A stretch of 60,300 nt of DNA, filler included, from Gonapodya sp. JEL0774 (Eukaryota): NCBI GenBank assembly GCA_027604505.1. It is 14 parts of 14 records of this genome, joined end to end, with 100 filler letters (N's around TTAATTAATTAA, not from the genome) between each part and the next. Parts side by side here need not be neighbours in the genome. Positions count along the whole stretch, not along the records: positions 1 to 4,233 come from JADIIX010001010.1; positions 4,334 to 8,566 come from JADIIX010001011.1; positions 8,667 to 12,896 come from JADIIX010001012.1; 11 more parts are not named here. One strand, given 5' to 3'. Below are positions 1 to 11,962 of this stretch, piece by piece; the stretch's first letter is position 1, and every line of letters starts with the position of its first letter. The translations under genes were made by a program, and so were the position numbers. Under the pieces are notes generated by a model that saw only the letters and a program-made list of their open reading frames with translations, made no database searches and had not been told where the DNA came from.

Positions 1-1973
1 TACGGCAGCTATCCTCTCCCACTTCAAAACTCACCTGTGTTCCAAGGCATCGGGCGAGTCGCCATCGGCATGTTCCTCCTCTTCCAACACCATACAACGC
101 CAGATCTGGCACAACAGCATGGCTTCTTTCCGGCAGCATCACACATCAATGACCAATCGCGAAGGGGTTTTAACTATGTGGCGAGGATCAATGAGAGAAT
201 TGCAATTGCAGGTCTAGATAACAGGACCGAAAGGAGTAAGGAGCGAGTATACAGCGATGAAACGTGGAGGATGACCAAAGAGGCGATGGAAAAAGAAGCA
301 ATGAAGGGGAAGTTGGAACATTTTTTGATACTCAATGGCGAGTCATGCAGATGTTCTGTTCCACCGCATCCTATGGCGAACTAAATCAACTGACCATGCT
401 CGTGATCCCGGCCAACAGCTGTCCCGTTAGTTTTCGGTGACATTGGTGGTGTCGAGCAGTTGCAAGAGAAGCTCAGCAAGGCACTCAGGAGCAACGGAGC
501 ACTATACTGGCTAGTAGAGAAGCTCGGCTTATGGAGGCTCGAGACATTGAAGTTTGGCGAGGTGAGTGCTCAGTACTAGTGACTAGCGTTCGTGTACTGA
601 CCAGTTCATGATTGCTATTTCCGCCCTCAGCCTCAATTACTGGATGATTGTGTTGTAAGAGAATGCTATCCACTGGGAACTATTATAGAAAGCTAACTGA
701 TGCTGCAAATATGCTAGGACCATTGGACCTCTCTGCATCACATTCATGAGCGCAATGAGCTTTTTCGGGGCTTTCGTCGATTTTCAATGGACTGTGGAGC
801 AAGAGTGACGGTTCTCACCGGAGACGTGCACTGCACCGGTGTGGGGAGGGTCAGGAGTATAGGCGTGACGACGAGGAAGGAGGAAGAGACTGATCCGATG
901 ACAATTTACCAAGTGAGATTGCGTCCTGTCTATGAAAGGCTTTCGAATCTGACAGAGACGAATACTCTGGCTTCCTAATCAATTGTTCTCGTCAGGTCAT
1001 TAGCAGCGCAATAGGAAATGATCCACCACCATATTTTGTCGTGAAGTGGCTTTTTGGTGAGTTAAATTCAGCTTATCTTTTTCTTAACCAGATGACGAGC
1101 ACCACCACATTCCATCATGCATCTCGTGTAGAGAGGATGGACAGACCACCAGCCGGAGTTTTCAGCCACAGACGAAGAGACGGAATTACTCAAGAGAAAC
1201 CTGGTGAAGAGATCGTGGTTGGGAAGATTGAAGAAGGCCTCGTGGCATTCAAGGAGGTGCGTCTGGGGTGCTTCGTTACTCGAACAGTCTAGCCCGCCGT
1301 GATCTGTCCCTGACGAAGTTCCATACTGGGATCCACTCAGCTTCAACGCACATGGTCGCAAGAGATACACGGTACACCGCGTGTGTGGGGAGCAAAGGCA
1401 GGGAGTGGTTCTGGTGACAAAATTGGCTTTCGCGATGAGGCACATCTAAAGCGAATCGGCAAGAATAAATTGCTGAGACATCGGTGAGAGTACACCACTC
1501 ACTAGTTGATGGACTTGAATTAACTGACGACAACGTCTTATTGAAGGAATTGGTGCGAGATCACTGAGCTCCCATCGCTTTCGTATCCAAACCCGACAAC
1601 CAGCGAGGGTTCTGACGCCAACTTCGTCCCTCAGGAACTCACTCCGACGCTCCCATCACGCCTCGAGTTCATCATCCACGTCGAACGTGCTCGAGAGGCC
1701 AAGTTGGTTCGCACAAAACTCAAGATGAAACTGGACCCACGAGGGTGGGAGAAGCAAATGCAGGATTTAAGGGAGAAGAGGTTAAGAAGAGGTGGAAACG
1801 AGTGGCCAGAAACCAATGAATACGGACTGGTTGTGCCCGGGTTGGTTGGGTGGGGCAAGGATCAGAGAGTGAATCATCGTGGCGGAGGACAAGAGTTGGG
1901 GCACCCTGCACAACCACAAGACAGGGGGGGTGACTTTCGGGATGCAAAACGATTTGCGAATTCATCATTCTAG
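1..1973 (+). CDS. PhoD-like phosphatase domain protein (fungal PhoD_2 type), 5'-truncated, multi-exon
   Basis: Manual splicing gives YGSYP...SPVFQGIG...FLLFQHHT, LDNRTERS, PQLLDDCVDHWTSLHHIHERNEL, RVTVLTGDVH, QVISSAIGNDPPP, KLLRHRNWC. These are the ordered motifs of fungal PhoD-like proteins. Stop TAG at 1973. First intron 338-418 is GC-AG. Confidence 0.85.
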
Positions 1974-4233
1974 AAGTACATTCAAAGAGATATCCAATGT
2001 TCGCTACTATATCACGATTTCAATGCCGAACATGTGGGTACGTAAAGATGCAACAGGCGTTAATGAGCCGCAAAATACTATGCAATGCAACACAGCCGGC
2101 TTAGACAACTTTCGTTTCGGGCCAAATCACTGTCGAATTGATTCAGATACGAAATTCCAGACGCACAACATCCGCCGCTGTGGCGACTTTTGGTTCCAGG
2201 AACCTCGGTAGATCCACGTACGCTCGCTCCGAAGCTATTGAGAGCTCTGTGGATACGAAGTTCTGTGAATTATGGTTTGCCAAATGATTAAACTGTTCTG
2301 CGGGAGAGGGAAGAGTATTGAGAAAGTTTGTCTGGTTGAAAAGTAGAGCTCCGGAAGTTACAACTGGGGAAGTTGGTGCCGATATAGTTACTGAATCAGG
2401 CGAGAGCGTGGGTGGATTTGCATTGTTATCTGAATGCAAATGGATTAGAATAATACCCATTCGTTACTGTGCTTCTGCATTCGCCCACCTTGCTCCGAAT
2501 CGGACTTTTCTACACTACTCTCCTCCCGTTTTCTTTGAGCTCTACTGCGACGTTTGCGCGTGTGGCGCTCCCCGGCTCGTCCGTTTGAAATCCGACCATC
2601 CCCATCCTCATCCAAGCTCCAATCCCGTCCTCGTCGCACCACAACAATATCGCGCGTCGAGCAGCGCCCACTTTGGTGCCGCCTCAGCACATCTTCGGAT
2701 AAGATTGGAAGAGATCGGCGGGTAGTGGGTCAGCATCGTGCCGTTGAACATAAGGGGCCGATAGATATCCAGCGCACCTTTCCGGGTGAACCGTTTCCCG
2801 CAGTCTGAGCACTGAAATGTCCGCTCTCTAACAAGGTGCAAACTCTCTTGATTCATCACTGAAGTTCCAGGCTGTCGATTATGTGAGGAATCTAGTAGGT
2901 ATGGACGTTCTGTTGCCGATGAATACTCCGGCCGGCGGCCGACCCAGAATCACAGCAGCTCTTGCGAAGACCGTGATCCAGATCTCGATAGTCCAAAAAA
3001 GGTCGAATTGTGTTTGGCACTTCGAATTCTGGCCTACGTAGTGTTTCGTAAGTGTTCGTTGTGGAGCAACTCAGCTTGATCCTTCCCGAGGACACGTTTG
3101 TTCTCGTTTTTCCGGTGAGCACGGAACGCTCTAGATTTTACGCACATCAAGCATCTTTTCATACTACTCTGTTCCCGCGCTGTTCGAATACATTTTATGT
3201 TTGTTGATATGAGCATAGCGATAGGCAGAGGTGTCCTTCGCCGATAAATATATTCGAGCCTGAGTCTTCTGGTGAACCTCTGCGATCGAGGGTGGATCAA
3301 CCGATGTTACTCGACAGTACATATATGTAATGTGTATCGCTCCGTTCTTTCTTTGAAATTGGCTTTGCCGGCTCGCACACACCGATAATTTTGCATCCGG
3401 CGCGCTTCGAACGCCGCTTAGGTTCACCTGTGCATGTACCAGCACTGCTTTGTATACCTGTATTCGTTATTTGTGATAGTATTGTGAATTTACATTGCGA
3501 CAACTCCAAACGGACGATTTCATTGTGATGTTATGGCCAACTTGAGGATTTACACTCTTATTGAGGGGAAAGCGGTAAAAGGACGTTCAAGGGCAGCGCA
3601 GAGCTGCCACCATGGGCAAGAGGCATCATTCATGTGGGCAATCTTCAGCGGGGTCTATCAATTTCGTGTATACATCATAGTCGACTACTAGTCGGTCAAT
3701 CAATCGGCAACAAATTCAGCCAGCTTGGATGGTCTTCGAAGTAAACGCAGGCATATTCCAATTGTGTTATCGACGTTGTATTGTATGATATCACCTCGAT
3801 TATGTCGTCAAGAATACCCTTTACACTAGAAAAGCCAAAAGTACATCCTCCTCTCCCAACGAAAATAGCTACAATATCAACAAATCGCAGAGGAAAGTAA
3901 ACGAGAAAAGAAAACGTATAACAGCATGATAAGACGGAAAGTCGATCCCTCTGCAGTAGAACACTCGACCAATAAGGTCAACATAGTCCACGTTAAACTT
4001 CGTCATCACGCGCCCCCACGCGAAGAGCGCACAGTATGTGAATCTTTCCCATCTTCACCTTGCATCCCCTCACCGAGCGAACCTGCATATCATCCTCTCC
4101 TGGGCTTCCCAGGGTTCTTGTCCCCTCACCGGCCCCCACATCCGTCCCTCACATGTGCCCTATACCGATCCTGCCTTGCAAACTTCTCTCCGCAAGACCT
4201 GTGCGATAACAAAAAGAGTCGAGATCGCATCAG

Positions 4234-4333
4234 NNNNNNNNNNNNNNNNNNNNNNNNNNNNNNNNNNNNNNNNNNNNTTAATTAATTAANNNNNNNNNNN
4301 NNNNNNNNNNNNNNNNNNNNNNNNNNNNNNNNN
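4234..4333. other. Artificial contig linker N44-TTAATTAATTAA-N44 (first of 13)
   Basis: Identical 100-bp spacers start at 4234, 8567, 12897, 17222, 21545, 25861, 30175, 34487, 38798, 43109, 47417, 51722 and 56013. TTAATTAATTAA puts stops in all six frames. Confidence 0.99.
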
Positions 4334-4662
4334 GTTGCAGGTCTTTCTTGTTACGCTGTTCATTCCAGGAAAGAGATATTGGGAATGCAACCCATTTCAG
4401 CTGCCAGTACAGGTTTAGATTGGTCTGCATTGTAAAAGATTGTAAAAACATAATTAGCTTTTTATTTCATTGGATGGGATGGGATGAGGATGGGATCAGA
4501 GATCCTGAAACCTTTCAAATACTTCATCCTGGAGAGGATGGGATGGGGATGAGGATGTGCAGGAAATTTGAGAACTTCCGACAACGAACGATGCCCCCAA
4601 GTCCGTGATATCGGCATTGAATAAAATTCGAATAGTCCCAGTATACCCATATGGCACCACTA
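4334..4662. mobile_element. Possible DNA-transposon (hAT-like) terminus with subterminal GGGATG/GGATG repeats
   Basis: Clustered GGATGGGATG(A/G)GGATG repeats at ~4471-4557. The segment ends ...CCCATATGGCACCACTA at 4662 (reverse complement TAGTGGTGCC fits the hAT (T/C)A(A/G)NG start). The other end is not in the contig. Confidence 0.4.
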
Positions 4663-4759
4663 ATGCATTATCAGGTGTGATAGATGTGTTGTGTTGATCA
4701 TACAGATACGTAATTTTTTTTTTTTTGAGTTTTCAAAATGTGTACACGACATACTATCT

Positions 4760-5554
4760 ATGGAACTGAAAAAAGCTATGGACGACACATCCTCACAGCA
4801 TGGAGAGAGCAGCATATGCATGTCTTGCTCGCAGCAAATTGACACTTCAAATGAGTACGCCCAATATTGCTCAGCCTGTGGAGAGTGCTGCTGTAGTAAT
4901 TGCGAAGGTGACAGTCTGATTCAAGATGAGAACGAATGTCAGACGATGAACTGCTATTACTGTCGACAGGGATCGTGCCACAACAACTACACGCGCGCGT
5001 GGTATTGCCAGGAGTGTGTGCCGCTCGAGGTACTGGAGGACAAACGGCAACGGGAAGAGAGAGACCTGAACGAGGAGATTGAATGTGAGAGGCTCCGCGA
5101 ATCGGAATCACAGCGCAGAAGACAGTTGGAGTTCCTTCTCAAACAAGCTGGCGTCGAGCTTCGATCAGACAGCAAACTTTGTGCAAAGTATATAACCTCT
5201 GGCGAGGGAGACCTGGACATAATAGTAAGGCGAATGTGCGAGATGAAATGGCTTTTCGAGTATTGTGGTATAAGAAAGGTGATTGACGAAATCGAACAGG
5301 AGCAAATAGAAGAATGGGAAGCGGGATTTATTCCTGATGTTCCTGTTTTTGAGGAAGCTAAGTATCGTGTCCTCAGAACGCATCCGTATCCACGTGTATG
5401 GCCTTGGTGGTATGACAAGTACGCACGAGTCATTCAGAGAGGATGTCACAATTGGATTTGGAAGCCTGTTACTGCTGATGGAAAATTTGGAATCAACGCG
5501 AGAGTCGGGATGAGAGCTTGTGGAGTAGCATTTCCAGAGGATAGGCACCCGTGA
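4760..5554 (+). CDS. Intronless Cys-rich hypothetical protein, giant-virus (Nucleocytoviricota)-like
   Basis: 264-aa ORF from ATG 4760. Cys-rich N-terminus, charged coil, then GVELRSDSKLCAKYI...IVRRMCEMKWLFEYC...YPRVWPW and a C-terminal ARVIQRGCHNWIWKP...DGKFGI module. I recall these motifs from large DNA virus hypothetical proteins (not searched). Confidence 0.65.
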   Translation: MELKKAMDDTSSQHGESSICMSCSQQIDTSNEYAQYCSACGECCCSNCEGDSLIQDENECQTMNCYYCRQGSCHNNYTRAWYCQECVPLEVLEDKRQREERDLNEEIECERLRESESQRRRQLEFLLKQAGVELRSDSKLCAKYITSGEGDLDIIVRRMCEMKWLFEYCGIRKVIDEIEQEQIEEWEAGFIPDVPVFEEAKYRVLRTHPYPRVWPWWYDKYARVIQRGCHNWIWKPVTADGKFGINARVGMRACGVAFPEDRHP

Positions 5555-5686
5555 ACGCATTGACAGGCACTTCATTAGTATGGTTATCAGGGTCGTGGCG
5601 TTTTAGACCAATACTAACAGCCTTTCCATCTATAGTCACTTCACCTGCAAACATCCTTGACCCCTTCTCGAACCTAGATATACAAA

Positions 5687-8509
5687 TTACTCATATTCAC
5701 AAGCTTCAGACGAATCCGAATCCGAATCCGAGTCTGGTGTCGGGTCAGATGTCGAGTACTTTGTGGTTGTCCTAGACGATACGTTGGCCTCGACACCTTT
5801 CATCGTGGCGAAATTTACACGTCGACCCGCCACATGGAAGACAATGGATTCTCTTTCATTCCCCGGGTATGCAACCCATGGAAGACCACATGAAAGCGCG
5901 GTCCGAACGATTGGTGTATCGGTGACGAGGAAGTCCGTGGTTGCCGGGGACCCCTTACGTGGCTTGAGTGCCGTGGTTGTGACGTGGAGTTTGTCACGTT
6001 TATCACTGGCGACGGCCCAAGATACCGTCTTGCTTGTGAAACGGTCTTTTGAAAATGCGGGCTGGGTACAAGGACGGGGATCAATATGTGCATATAAACG
6101 AGCATAATTAAATGTGAAAACATACCAATGTTGAGACGTATGATCCGAAAATGCGGTTCAACACCGTAGACGGAATACTTGTCTTCCTTTCGCTATCGGA
6201 TTCAACGGCGGTCGCGAGATACTCTTTCACCCGAGCCAAAAAAGCTTTGGCATCTTCTCCTAGAATCACAGCTGCAGTCAAGTCGCGATGTGTCAACTAA
6301 GAGAATACATCTGTTCTTATATGCGACAGGCACTCACGGAGCTGCTCCCGTTCATCGTGAAAGGTCCGCGCAACCGTTCCGACAGCGCCCCCCTCACTCG
6401 CCTGAGGCTCCTCGAGTGTATTGGCAGATTCGCTACCACCCGATGTCTCCGCAATGGGGTCGTCGCGTCTGTTTCGTGCTGCACTAGCCTCCGTCTCATT
6501 GTCGGACAGAATGAACAGCGTTGCCACGAGGTCCACCGATGTGTTCTCGAGCACGAACGGTACCGTTGAATGAATCACCGAATTCATATTTAACGCGTAC
6601 ACCAAGGAGTCCTTGATGAGGCGTAGGGTAGCCGAGGTGATAACCACCAGTAGCTAAGTAGTGCAAGGACACAATGTGAATCGAAGATTAGGTCCTTTCC
6701 TTTCTAAGGCCTGCAAAGGAATACCTACTTGACGACCGGAACCAACGTCGACGGCCCAATGAGCGCCAGGGGTGATACATTTCGACGTCAGTTGGGTCAT
6801 CGTCACCGAGAGACCACCGTCGATCTTGTCGTATATTTCTGCATATGAGAACGCTCCATTGAATAGTATGTTTAAAGAAACAGAATACGACAGCGACTCA
6901 CTGAGACCCGGATGCGTCAGAGATGGTGAAGGGTCCTTGTCAGAGCCCGCTTCCTCGTTGTTATGGGCAATGGGCTGCGCTCGTACACTAGCATCCCGTG
7001 ACGGGGGTTCGACCGGCAGAATGTTGTCGATAGCTTTACCCTTGCCCTTGCCCTTCGAGCGGCTCGGAGATGGCGAGGATGGTAACGAGGGCGGCGGTTG
7101 CGAGGGTGGCGGTGACGAGGGCTGCGGCGACGAGGTAGGTGGATGCGAGGTTGGCGATGGTGACGATGGGGTCGTATTTGGGTGTCGACCAGAAGACTCA
7201 ACACGTACCTCCTCTTCTCCACACCCTGTGTCTTCAAAGTCCGCGCCATCACCACCGTCCCCGTCAAAGTTCACGTCTGCCTCCTCATCGCCCTCCTCCA
7301 CTACCTCCTCGTCCTCCTTGACCTCCACTTCCTCCTCACTGCCTTCTTCCTCGTCCTCGTCCTCTTCCTCCTTGACCTCCACTTCCTCCTCACTGCCCTC
7401 CTCCTCGTCCTCCTCCTCTTCCTCCTTGACCTCCACTTCCTTCTCACCGCCTTCCTCCACTTCCTCCTCACTGCCTTCCTCCTCGTCCTCCTCCTCTTCC
7501 TCCTTGACCTCCACTTCCTTCTCACCGCCTTCCTCCACTTCCTCCTCACTGCCTTCCTCCTCGTCCCCGTCATCGCCCCCTGCCACTTCCTCCTCTTTGC
7601 CGCCCTCCTCATCCTCCTCCACGTCCTTCTCGGAATCAACATCATCCACCTCGGCGATGGATGAGAGGGGCGTTGTTGTTGTTGTGGTTGGTGATTCGAC
7701 AAGGAGAGCACGCCTGTTCGCCCTCAACGTGTCCACATTGCGCATCTGAGCCCCCAGTTCATCCTCGAGTGTCGCTAATTTTTGTTTCTTCTGTCGTACT
7801 TCATCCTCAGTCATCGCTAGCTTTCGCTTTTTCTCTCGCACTTCATCTTCAATTATCGCAGTCCTCGCCTCCTCGGTCTTCCTTTCCTCCTCCTGTTCAG
7901 CTTTTCGCCTCACCTCCTTGGCCTTCCTTTCCTCCTCCTGTTCAGCTTTTGGCCTCGCCGCCTCGGTCTCTTCCTCTACTTCTTCTTGCTCGTAAAATGC
8001 CCAAAAATCTACTGGGCTGGCGGTTCCGTGGGCAGTCACGCGAATAGTACCGTTGGGTGGGGCGCCAATCCCTGTTTTTCTGTAAATAAAACATACTTAT
8101 ATACCTGAGAGACGTGGGACTCCCGATAGTGACATACGCACCTTCCTTGGTTCCCCGGGTTGAACACCTTTGTGACTCGCTCGACGTGTCGATTCGCTCG
8201 CGTCCGAGGGTTGGTCACAACATTGCCTGGAACTATACTCCTCGCGTTCCCGGAGATTTCGGTCAATGCTTGACGCGAAGCTCCAAGACAGACTGTTGGT
8301 GCGAGTTCTGAATCGGGACGGAAGAGTTCCGCTCCATTCGATGCGGTGAGGTTGAGAGGAAATCCGCGGACAGAAGAAGAGGCGGAGCGGGTGGGAGGAG
8401 AGGAGTGAGAGGAAGGAGGGACAATGGAAATGGGGGAGTGAGAGGAAGGAGGGAGGTACGATGCGAAGGAGCGGGCGGGAGGAGAGATGGACGATGCAGG
8501 TTGAGACAT
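5687..8509 (-). CDS. Multi-exon hypothetical protein with coiled coil and long Glu-rich repeat tract
   Basis: ORFs 8036-8509, 6654-8039, 6297-6647 and 6108-6296 plus a last exon (~5687-6060, ending DSDSDSDSSEACEYE*) can be joined through GT-AG introns. No family recognised. Confidence 0.6.
7300..7570 (-). repeat. Coding tandem repeat: two 78-bp units (DEEEGSEEEVEEGGEKEVEVKEEEEE) then two shorter 54-bp-type units
   Basis: Repeated CCTTGACCTCCACTTCC...TCCTCACTGCC blocks on the + strand. Confidence 0.9.
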
Positions 8510-8666
8510 TTGGTGGCGATTGTTTGGCGATCGCGATTCCTTGCGGCTGTCGAAAGTGGCCGCTGGNNNNNNNNNNNNNNNNNNNNNNNNNNNNNNNNNN
8601 NNNNNNNNNNTTAATTAATTAANNNNNNNNNNNNNNNNNNNNNNNNNNNNNNNNNNNNNNNNNNNN

Positions 8667-11600
8667 GGACGGGTGGGAAGAGGAGCTGGAGAGGATACTT
8701 GAGTGATATGCCGGGACCGACGTCTCACGTCTCGGTCACCGTTGCGTCCACCACCCGAGGCGCTGACGCACTTGTGTCTGTCTGAGCTGTGCATGCCGCA
8801 CGCCCAAAGCCACGACCGGTGCAATCGTTTTACCGTGCGGCGTACTCGCTTTTTTGTTGGGAGTCTGGGACTCGGGACACCGATAGTGTTCCGTGTGGCG
8901 TGTTCCGTCGACGTGCGCGTTCAAGTGTTCTCGATATCTTGTTTCTTGTAGAGCACCGGTGACCCGGCCGGTGTGGCTTTTCATTGTCGACTTTCTATTG
9001 CGTATGTCCAATGTGTCTATTCATCGTCGCTTGTATCAGAATTCAGAATTGTATACCCCACAATGGATCCATCGTTTCGTCGTTCATGTCACCAATCACC
9101 CGCGTTGCTCAGACAGTGCATCCAAGTATCCCGCCCGACCGAGTCGACCGCCATAATAGGGAGGAGTGAAATACGTAATTTCACGCGGTGCACGGTTGCC
9201 GCGGCCAAAAACACTTCACCTGGTACCCCTCTGTTGGCCATTACCGGTTTCACTCGATTGTCCCTTTCAACGTCGGGTTTTTATTTTAGTGTCTACCAGG
9301 CAGTAGGAAAGCGACATCAGGCAGAGTCTAGATGTTTGACAATTGTCGATGATGTCACTAAGCTATCCAAAAAGCTACCGTGATGTTTGGCTACAAATTT
9401 GCAATGTACCTTCTTGCGGTGATTGTTCTTTGCCCATGCCAGCAACGAGTAAAGACCTGTTCTATCTCTGCTGGGATTTCAAGGGTGTCAATCAGTTGTC
9501 ACACGGGAGTATATTGAACATAGGGGTATGGAGAAGAATGGATGACGTCATCTTGAGATTGCACCGTCCATAGTTCGCCATGAATGATGAATCCTTGCGA
9601 CCCGCCCGTTCTCATTGCCCTGTTCACAGTTTCTATTTTCTCACTTCACTTACGCCAGCTCTCAATTTGGTTGATACTTGATATCATGGTCGGTGTTGAT
9701 CGTTTAATTCAGTAATGCTGATCGATTGTCATGGGATCACACATTTCTGAATCTGTGCAAGTCCTACGATCGGCCAAGCCAGCAATCCCTGTTTAGAAGT
9801 CCGGTGCTTCCTTAGTTGGTAACCAGCAAGCCAAGGAGATGTTGATGTCTTGCTTGAATGGGTGGGGACATAATCTCGTGGTGTGAACTTGCGTCTCATT
9901 ATATCTTCAGGTATCTCCGGCAGTACGGAATACAGGGTGTAGATGTAGAGTAATCCAGATAATCCAGGTGGTCGGAACAAAGTACGTCCTGATGTTTCCG
10001 CCACCCATAATGGTGGTCACACAATGTGCAGGTGTCTGCAGTCGTTGTCCAACATCAGGTGGCAATGTTCTGATAAAGTGGTCTCCCCCTAGTGGCTGCC
10101 TTCGCAACAATTTTTCGTGATTCCTCTTGCCCAGCAACAGTTGAAAGGATTATGAATTATCACTGCTGGATTTCAAAAGGTGTCAATCTGTGGTCATGTC
10201 CTCTGGGATTGCTACCACTGGATAGATGGACACAGTGCAGTGGATACAATGTATTGGTGTGTCTGCAATGGAAACTCTATATGCTGTAGCTGCTGTAAGT
10301 TCACTGTTCATTATTTGTCTATTCCCAGAAAATTTCTCCAGGAGAAAATATGGACTTGACGCACACAACGCGGAGGTACGGAGAGAAGCGCAGAGAGCTT
10401 GTGACTCACCCATCACCATAACATACATTGATCAAAGCCTCCGTGTGGATTGTATGGTGCCCGGATTGTTCCGAGTTCCGGAAACGTCCCTGGTTCCCCA
10501 ACCTACAGGCAAGCTCGCCAGTCGTTTCCAGCACCAATCCTGAAGAGCAGAGCACGTAGCTCAAGCAATTATCAATTATATTGATGAATCGCGGAAGAAA
10601 ATTGACCTGATTCGTCCTCAGGGCATACGGTGGGTGGCGGATGGCGTGGGGTTGCCTGGGACACGTCAACAATGAGGACGGCGAGCATGGCTCGGGGACA
10701 GCGGCACAGAGCTTATATGTGACGATCAATGGCAGCGAGAGCGTTGGTTGGGCGCCCTCCGCGTCCGCGTGGGTTTTGTAGAGCGGTTCATATGATTACC
10801 GTAATTATTAGAGGAAACAGAACGCGATATTTCCCCTAATAACCCCCCAGATATTCCACCATTAAATGGTTGAAAAATACGTCCAGTGTTGTCCAACCAC
10901 AAGCCCACCAGTGAAAATAATTCTGAGCTTCCGAGAATGGCTGTGTTTACCTCCGCAGAACCTGAACATCACACCGACTTCTGTGGACACTGGGAGTGAC
11001 ACAGCTGTTCTTGTATTCCCTTCTGCGAATCGTTGCGCTGAAATGAAAACCGTCAACTATTCTGCGACTGGATCGGCAGCAAAATGTTCGTCCTGATTCT
11101 GTTGTCAAATGGATGTTGTCAACATGTCTTCATCCATGATTCCATTCTTCGACCTTCTCAGACTCCGGAGTCGACTCCCACACCTCAAATCTACAAGACC
11201 AACTGTCGACCACTGCGCCAGAGAACGGGCTCCATGGTCGAAGCCAAACACTTCTGGTGATCGACGGATTTGACCCTCAACCAACACCTCCAAATACTGA
11301 TGATTCTCGGGGTGAGTTTCACCGTTTTACAACAAAGTGAAACGTGAGGGTATTGTGGCTGTATAACTGCGGGTACTGGGTCTCTGGCTTCTGGCAACTG
11401 GTCCTCTCCACAACGGTGTTCTTCGGAGCTTTGCTGACGTCCTTGCAAGCGTGCTTGGTTCAGAATCCTTCGTTGCTCAAGGAGGAGTCCAGATGGGCAG
11501 GTGAAGCGATCACAGTGTTTCTCATCCTGTTCCTCACCCTGGGAGTACGCTTCTTTAAACCCGCTTTCTTCCTCACCACCCTCTCTCCTAGCCCGCGACG

Positions 11601-11837
11601 TATTTCGGATCAAATGGACTCTGATCACCCTGTGGATTCTCGCCCGTCTGGCGTGGCAAGGGTTCGGCTGTTACATTTGGTTCGGCCTCTCGGACGACTA
11701 CGACCCACAAGCGTGTTACCGAGAGGAGTCAACTCGGTTGCGGATCGCAAGCCAGTTTTTCTTCTATATAGGGTGGATCATCGCGTTCGACGACGCAGTC
11801 GTGGTGTTGGCGGGAGCGCTTGCGGGATTGGTGAGCG
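8667..11837. repeat. Long diverged copy of 38898-42631 (opposite orientation); allele/haplotig or segmental duplicate
   Basis: Colinear reverse-complement match with substitutions and indels. Near-identical ORF translations appear in both, e.g. 11105-11293 vs 40113-40301. Confidence 0.95.
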
Positions 11838-11962
11838 GCGATTCGTTGACCAGAGATGTGATCGAGGGGCAGGCGTTGGTTTCACCATGCATGTTGTCAC
11901 TGGCAGGTCATCTACAAAAGGCCCTAGAGCCAAAGGCGTGGTGTATTGTTGTAGTTGTCTAG
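11396..11962 (+). pseudogene. 5'-deleted copy of the membrane-protein gene at 38898-39854
   Basis: Encodes LVLSTTVFFGALL...WA, probable intron 11501-11591, then RDVFRIKWTLITLWILARLAW. The start and first exon present in the other copy are missing. Confidence 0.6.

Noticed and set aside
2608..2859. C2H2-like FQCSDCGKRFTRKGALDIY on the minus strand
   Set aside because: The His ligands are missing and I could not build a coherent gene; at most a relic.
5497..5676. Minus-strand open frame RFEKGSRMFAGEVTIDGKAVSIGLKRHD overlapping the end of the virus-like ORF
   Set aside because: Short, no recognisable family; could be a remnant or chance.
6772..7749. Long Ser-rich and Leu/Phe-rich plus-strand ORFs
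   Set aside because: Antisense shadows of the Glu-rich repeat.
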